DNA of 64,000 nucleotides from Bacteroidota bacterium (GTDB lineage Bacteria; Bacteroidota; Bacteroidia; J057; JAJTIE01): NCBI GenBank assembly GCA_019638695.1, contig JAHBTG010000006.1, positions 3,022 to 67,021 of the forward strand, read 5' to 3'. Shown piece by piece: positions 61,001 to 64,000 of this stretch (position 1 is its first letter; each line of letters starts with the position of its first letter). The notes under the pieces were generated by a model. It saw only the letters and a program-made list of their open reading frames with translations, ran no database searches and was not told where the DNA came from. The position numbers and the translations under genes were made by a program.

Positions 61001-64000
61001 GCCTCTTCCCTGTATTTCCACTTTAAGGTGAGAAATGCCCAGGTGGCCGGCGCGCTTGCCACCAGCGGCAGTCCGGCGCTGCTTATCCGCGATCGATACC
61101 TGTCTGCCGGTCAGGGCAGGGTAGTGAGGTCGCTTTTTCATAACACTGCTATTTATCTGGCTAAGAACGAGTACCTGGAGCGGCTGAAGAACTATGTAGA
61201 TATCAACCCCCTGGCCGCGGAGACCTACGTCTATGGCGGAGAACGATATGTGGTGATCCCGGCTCCTTATGTTTCCCTTAAAGACCGGAATGGGCTGCTT
61301 AGTCAGCAGGTAAGTCCGCTGACCAAGTCTGCCTGGAATTTTGCGGTGCTGAATATCCCAAGGGCCGTTTATCCGGCCATGAGAACGGATGATAGTTCCA
61401 CTGTGGAAGAGATCGCCTGGCGGCTATTGGGTATGCTGGAAGAGATCATGGGGTTATTTGTGGGCAGAAATGCCGTGTTCCTTAAGAAGGGATACGGCGT
61501 ACGGGTGGAGGCCAAGCGCTCATTTATCCGCCTGGTGGAACCTGGCGGCAGGAAACTGGGCGGCGGTTGCCGCGTAAAGCAACTCCTTGTCAAGGATAAC
61601 TGGGATACCATGTCTGCCAGCGCAGGTACGGAAGAACGGGCTTCCTCCTATGGGCAGACCTATACCTATGAGATGGACGGCGGAGACGGCTGGGGTATGA
61701 TTAGTAGCGGGGTAGCCCAGTATGAGCCCATGACGGCTGCAGATGAGATCACCCTCCACCGGCCGGAGGCCTTTACCGAGGAGCTGAAACTGGCGCCCAA
61801 TAACTCGCACTTCAAGGAAGTGCCGGTGGGCGAATCTTTCTTCCCCGCTCCGGTAGTGGGTTATCGAAAAGTAATTGTGAGGGACTATGATGCCGATGCC
61901 CTGGCAGATGCTGCCCGAACGGGGAAAGCTTACCTGGCTACCCGCACCGGGCGCGTGGAATATGAGTTCTACACGGCGAAGGATTTCCCTGTTTTCACAG
62001 ACCGCACACCCATCTATGGCAATCCTTCTTATACGGTTACGAGTGCCGTTTCAGGGGTTGAGGATAATGCGCCCAATAGCAGCCTCACACGTACCGTCCG
62101 GCAAGGGAAAGAACACAATGCCCTTACCCTCAGCCAGGGGTTTGTGATAGAGCTCAATGATATGCACGGCAAGCTCCGCAGCCAAACCGTGTATGACCAG
62201 GACAATCATATGGTTTCCTCTGTGGCTTATGACTACAAACTGCAGGGAGGTGTGTATAACCCTCATGGAGATAACAAGCTGCTCAACAGGGTAAAAGTGG
62301 TAGACCCCAAGGGGTGTATCAGCGAAGCTTACAAGGGGCTTACCGTAGAGGTCTATCACGATGCACGCCGGGGCCATACCTCCACCTCCAGGGCGGCCAC
62401 GAATTTTAACGCCGGGGCAGACTTTTCTACCAGCATCCCAATGCCATGGCTGAATATCAAGGATGGACGTGTATTTTTCTCGCAGTCCTTCAGTCTGCTG
62501 ACCACCACCAAGGTCATCTCTAGAAAGGGTGTACTTGAGCGGGTAACTGCTGTGCAGGACGGTTCGCGGGTAGCTACGGAAAACAGGCTGTGGGATTCCG
62601 AGACCGGAGATGTGCTGCTCACTCGTGTACAAAACGAGTTTGATGACTGGGTATATGCGCTGACCTTCCCTGCCCACTGGGCTTATGAAGGCATGGGCCC
62701 GGCATATAAGAATGTAGGTGCAGACCTCTTCAGTGCTACAGGGGAGGAGATCTCGAACGGGTGGTTGAATATCAGTAATGCAGACAAGTATTTTGTGCCG
62801 GGTGATGAACTGATACTCAATACGGAGATTGGAGGGATTACCGGCGCATTTGCTACCTTCTCCAATGGCACGCCTCATACGGTTGTTGAGGTGAATGAAT
62901 TCCTGTCCGGCACCTGGAAACTGAGATATCACACATTATCTCAAGGTATAAAGGTCTCCACCCTGGTGTTTCATCCGGGTAAGAAGTTTTCGAGAACCAA
63001 CTGCCCGTCCTTGCGCAAGCGACTGTATGAGGAGGTGTTGTTTGAAGGATGTGTGGAAGCTATCGAATACATGGTGCAGGATCCCTGCGATATATATGAT
63101 ACAGACACCACCAGCCTGGCGGAATCCGTAGACAATGGGGCCAACTTTATGTATCCGGGTTTCATGACCACTTTCCCGTATGTGTTCCCGGATACGCTGC
63201 CTCCTGTTAGCCTGTGCCTGAACAGTACGGATGAACTGTGTAATCCCTATACCCTGATAGTTGGCTGCAATAACTGCAATGAGAATAACTGCGATTGTAG
63301 TCCGGAATGCGCCACCTATAAAGATAACAATGGCTACGTGCAGACGGGTCTTGTGGCATCCAGGGACTCCAGGGTCTGGGTGCTGGAAGTGCGGCCCGAT
63401 AAAGTGCGGCTCATGGATAAACAGGGGCACTTGATCGAAGTCTTGGCACAATCCGATCAGATTAGGCACGGCCTCACAGTATTACGCTCTGGCCGGCGGA
63501 ATCTGCCCGGGTTGCCGGTGGGTAAGGTCAGCATTTTGCAGGAAGACCCTGTGCAGGGGCATCTGTTGGGGATTGATCCCGATAAAGTGTTGAATGCAGC
63601 TGCCATAGAGTTTACGGATAGCTGGCAGATATTCTGCTGCGGCACTGCCGGAGAAGATAATCCCGATTGCGTGAACCCCTGTGATAAGGTCAATCCTTAC
63701 TTCCGTAATCTCCGGGGCAACTGGCGGCAGTGGCGCGACTATACCTACATGGGGCAGCGGAAGCAAACTACCCCTGCGGATATCCGTCATGACGGCACTT
63801 TTGTCAGCTATGTCCCCTTCTGGGCATTTGGCCAGCAATGTATTGCCGCAGGATTTGCAGCTACATATACTGAGCCGTGGAAGCTGAATGCCCAGTCTAC
63901 GCGCATCAACCCCTATGGTGCAGAACTGGAGAACCGGGATGCCCTGGACAGATACGCTGCCGTGCTGTATAGCTTTAACAACACGCTGCCGGTAGCTGTG
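58076..64000 (+). CDS. Giant secreted SpvB/TcB-like YD-shell protein (>1975 aa, truncated by the window end)
   Basis: Absent from the ORF track (no stop codon). Hand-translated segments are all in one frame: signal peptide, MVDVFTGDFSYRIPLL...WVGLGWSLSPGGINR, HHISEV...DGVRYVYG, LNKIDLPTGGSIEITYE, KLGGGCRVK, PVVGYRKV, NPY....GNWR and ELENRDALDRY. Confidence 0.85.
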   Translation, partial: MTLRYPPFLFRVTAGILLVSLLLQVAFPIAAYALTGGSAAGSVQGDVPSGTTDMVDVFTGDFSYRIPLLDVDGYPLVLSYNAGIGTEQEAGWVGLGWSLSPGGINRMVRGMPDDFAGDPVHREFNVRDQVEIGGTARIKAELAGEDLARFLKNMPENLDVRAGATASLTVKHRTNLGIDVSIAAGIGAQFQPTLNSSSKLMSAVNVSGQAYMGYALSAQDGISANTSLSGSLGLYKRVGAGLDLGGEVGYSSRRGLAHIGFHAAGVGGLNLKALNLRGKRGISGMIPLATPTYVPDNEYPFNTIIETYSGDAGGAVIFSYLGGGITYFRTVNTLATHEMELRGYGYMALQQGNPAGRSLLDINREYDAPVMEKTPILPLANLTYDVYSVSGQGVGGVYRPFRSDIGTLYDPRIENGSRSSASGLELGFPGSTASFKVGADLENIWVDSHTGAWLANDGNPAAGNYRFSAPAAEDPAYEPFYFRQVDEAAITLLDNTPLANAGGEDLVAIRVEPGLSEPFMQKAAGGTVTYTQPDAALQGRERRTQPMTFLPASKGHYALDKDLHNYDLNTFAFQDNLLAQSSTNPSFPRADDTLRKGHHISEVTVLRADGVRYVYGIPVYVRNQVEATFDIDSSASQGALVGYTETENSTGNSAGETHFYDKTILPPHATGYLLTGVVSPDYQDLKGDGMTEDDLGNYTRFNYTRTTDAYKFRAPYSDAVFNQGLYANNKDQKASFMYGEKEDWYVHSIESKNYIAVFYLSERQDAIGASAENQSSDAAGRSQGARSYRLDKIRLYARKDLKENAGSAVPLKTVHFEYTYELCPGTPNSAAAGGGKLTLKRLFFTYDLSEKAVMNTYEFHYANNPAYGHLAHDAWGYYKAADANQQYFGAPFSLNNAEFPYVIQDKTLADQYSSAWCLNKIDLPTGGSIEITYESDDYAYVQNERASVMQVLEGVSKEPNETGGGNDMPASAFGDASSLYFHFKVRNAQVAGALATSGSPALLIRDRYLSAGQGRVVRSLFHNTAIYLAKNEYLERLKNYVDINPLAAETYVYGGERYVVIPAPYVSLKDRNGLLSQQVSPLTKSAWNFAVLNIPRAVYPAMRTDDSSTVEEIAWRLLGMLEEIMGLFVGRNAVFLKKGYGVRVEAKRSFIRLVEPGGRKLGGGCRVKQLLVKDNWDTMSASAGTEERASSYGQTYTYEMDGGDGWGMISSGVAQYEPMTAADEITLHRPEAFTEELKLAPNNSHFKEVPVGESFFPAPVVGYRKVIVRDYDADALADAARTGKAYLATRTGRVEYEFYTAKDFPVFTDRTPIYGNPSYTVTSAVSGVEDNAPNSSLTRTVRQGKEHNALTLSQGFVIELNDMHGKLRSQTVYDQDNHMVSSVAYDYKLQGGVYNPHGDNKLLNRVKVVDPKGCISEAYKGLTVEVYHDARRGHTSTSRAATNFNAGADFSTSIPMPWLNIKDGRVFFSQSFSLLTTTKVISRKGVLERVTAVQDGSRVATENRLWDSETGDVLLTRVQNEFDDWVYALTFPAHWAYEGMGPAYKNVGADLFSATGEEISNGWLNISNADKYFVPGDELILNTEIGGITGAFATFSNGTPHTVVEVNEFLSGTWKLRYHTLSQGIKVSTLVFHPGKKFSRTNCPSLRKRLYEEVLFEGCVEAIEYMVQDPCDIYDTDTTSLAESVDNGANFMYPGFMTTFPYVFPDTLPPVSLCLNSTDELCNPYTLIVGCNNCNENNCDCSPECATYKDNNGYVQTGLVASRDSRVWVLEVRPDKVRLMDKQGHLIEVLAQSDQIRHGLTVLRSGRRNLPGLPVGKVSILQEDPVQGHLLGIDPDKVLNAAAIEFTDSWQIFCCGTAGEDNPDCVNPCDKVNPYFRNLRGNWRQWRDYTYMGQRKQTTPADIRHDGTFVSYVPFWAFGQQCIAAGFAATYTEPWKLNAQSTRINPYGAELENRDALDRYAAVLYSFNNTLPVAV

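Noticed and set aside
58312-63887. Numerous short ORFs listed in the last 6 kb
   Set aside because: All are shadows of the single giant plus-strand ORF starting at 58076.
50579-64000. Prophage or integrative element suggested by the XRE repressor
   Set aside because: No integrase, att repeat, tRNA, terminase or structural phage gene was recognised, and all downstream proteins have signal peptides.

Overview
A chromosomal window from a fairly GC-rich Bacteroidota genome. This is supported by TTTG-N19-21-TAnnTTTG promoters, T9SS-type C-terminal domains and the split atpBEFHAG operon. Most of 1-48 kb is housekeeping or metabolic: ACC-deaminase-like enzyme, ADI+CtlX, hemB, enoyl-CoA hydratase, BatB/C-like, DUF4836-ABC cluster, ATP synthase, RecQ, pyrG, mtnBDC and a metal-regulated TonB receptor. 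Two loci stand out. (1) 12.0-16.4 kb: a secreted, non-catalytic FGE/SUMF1-fold protein with no T9SS signal. It is followed by a long mRNA stem-loop and then a T9SS-sorted protein with 24 tandem xxGGxxxG-x~10-C repeats, each carrying exactly one Cys. This suggests a scaffold-plus-many-subunits surface assembly. (2) 47.9-64 kb: an AT-richer locus with an outer-membrane barrel and an XRE repressor divergent from a fully translationally coupled operon. The operon encodes a signal-peptide SET-domain protein, two Cys-rich LamG proteins, an FN3/CTD-like protein, a lipoprotein and a giant (>1975 aa) SpvB/TcB/YD-like protein that is missing from the ORF track because it runs off the window end. No rRNA, tRNA, CRISPR array, integrase or transposase was recognised. 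Family assignments come from motif recognition by eye, not database searches.
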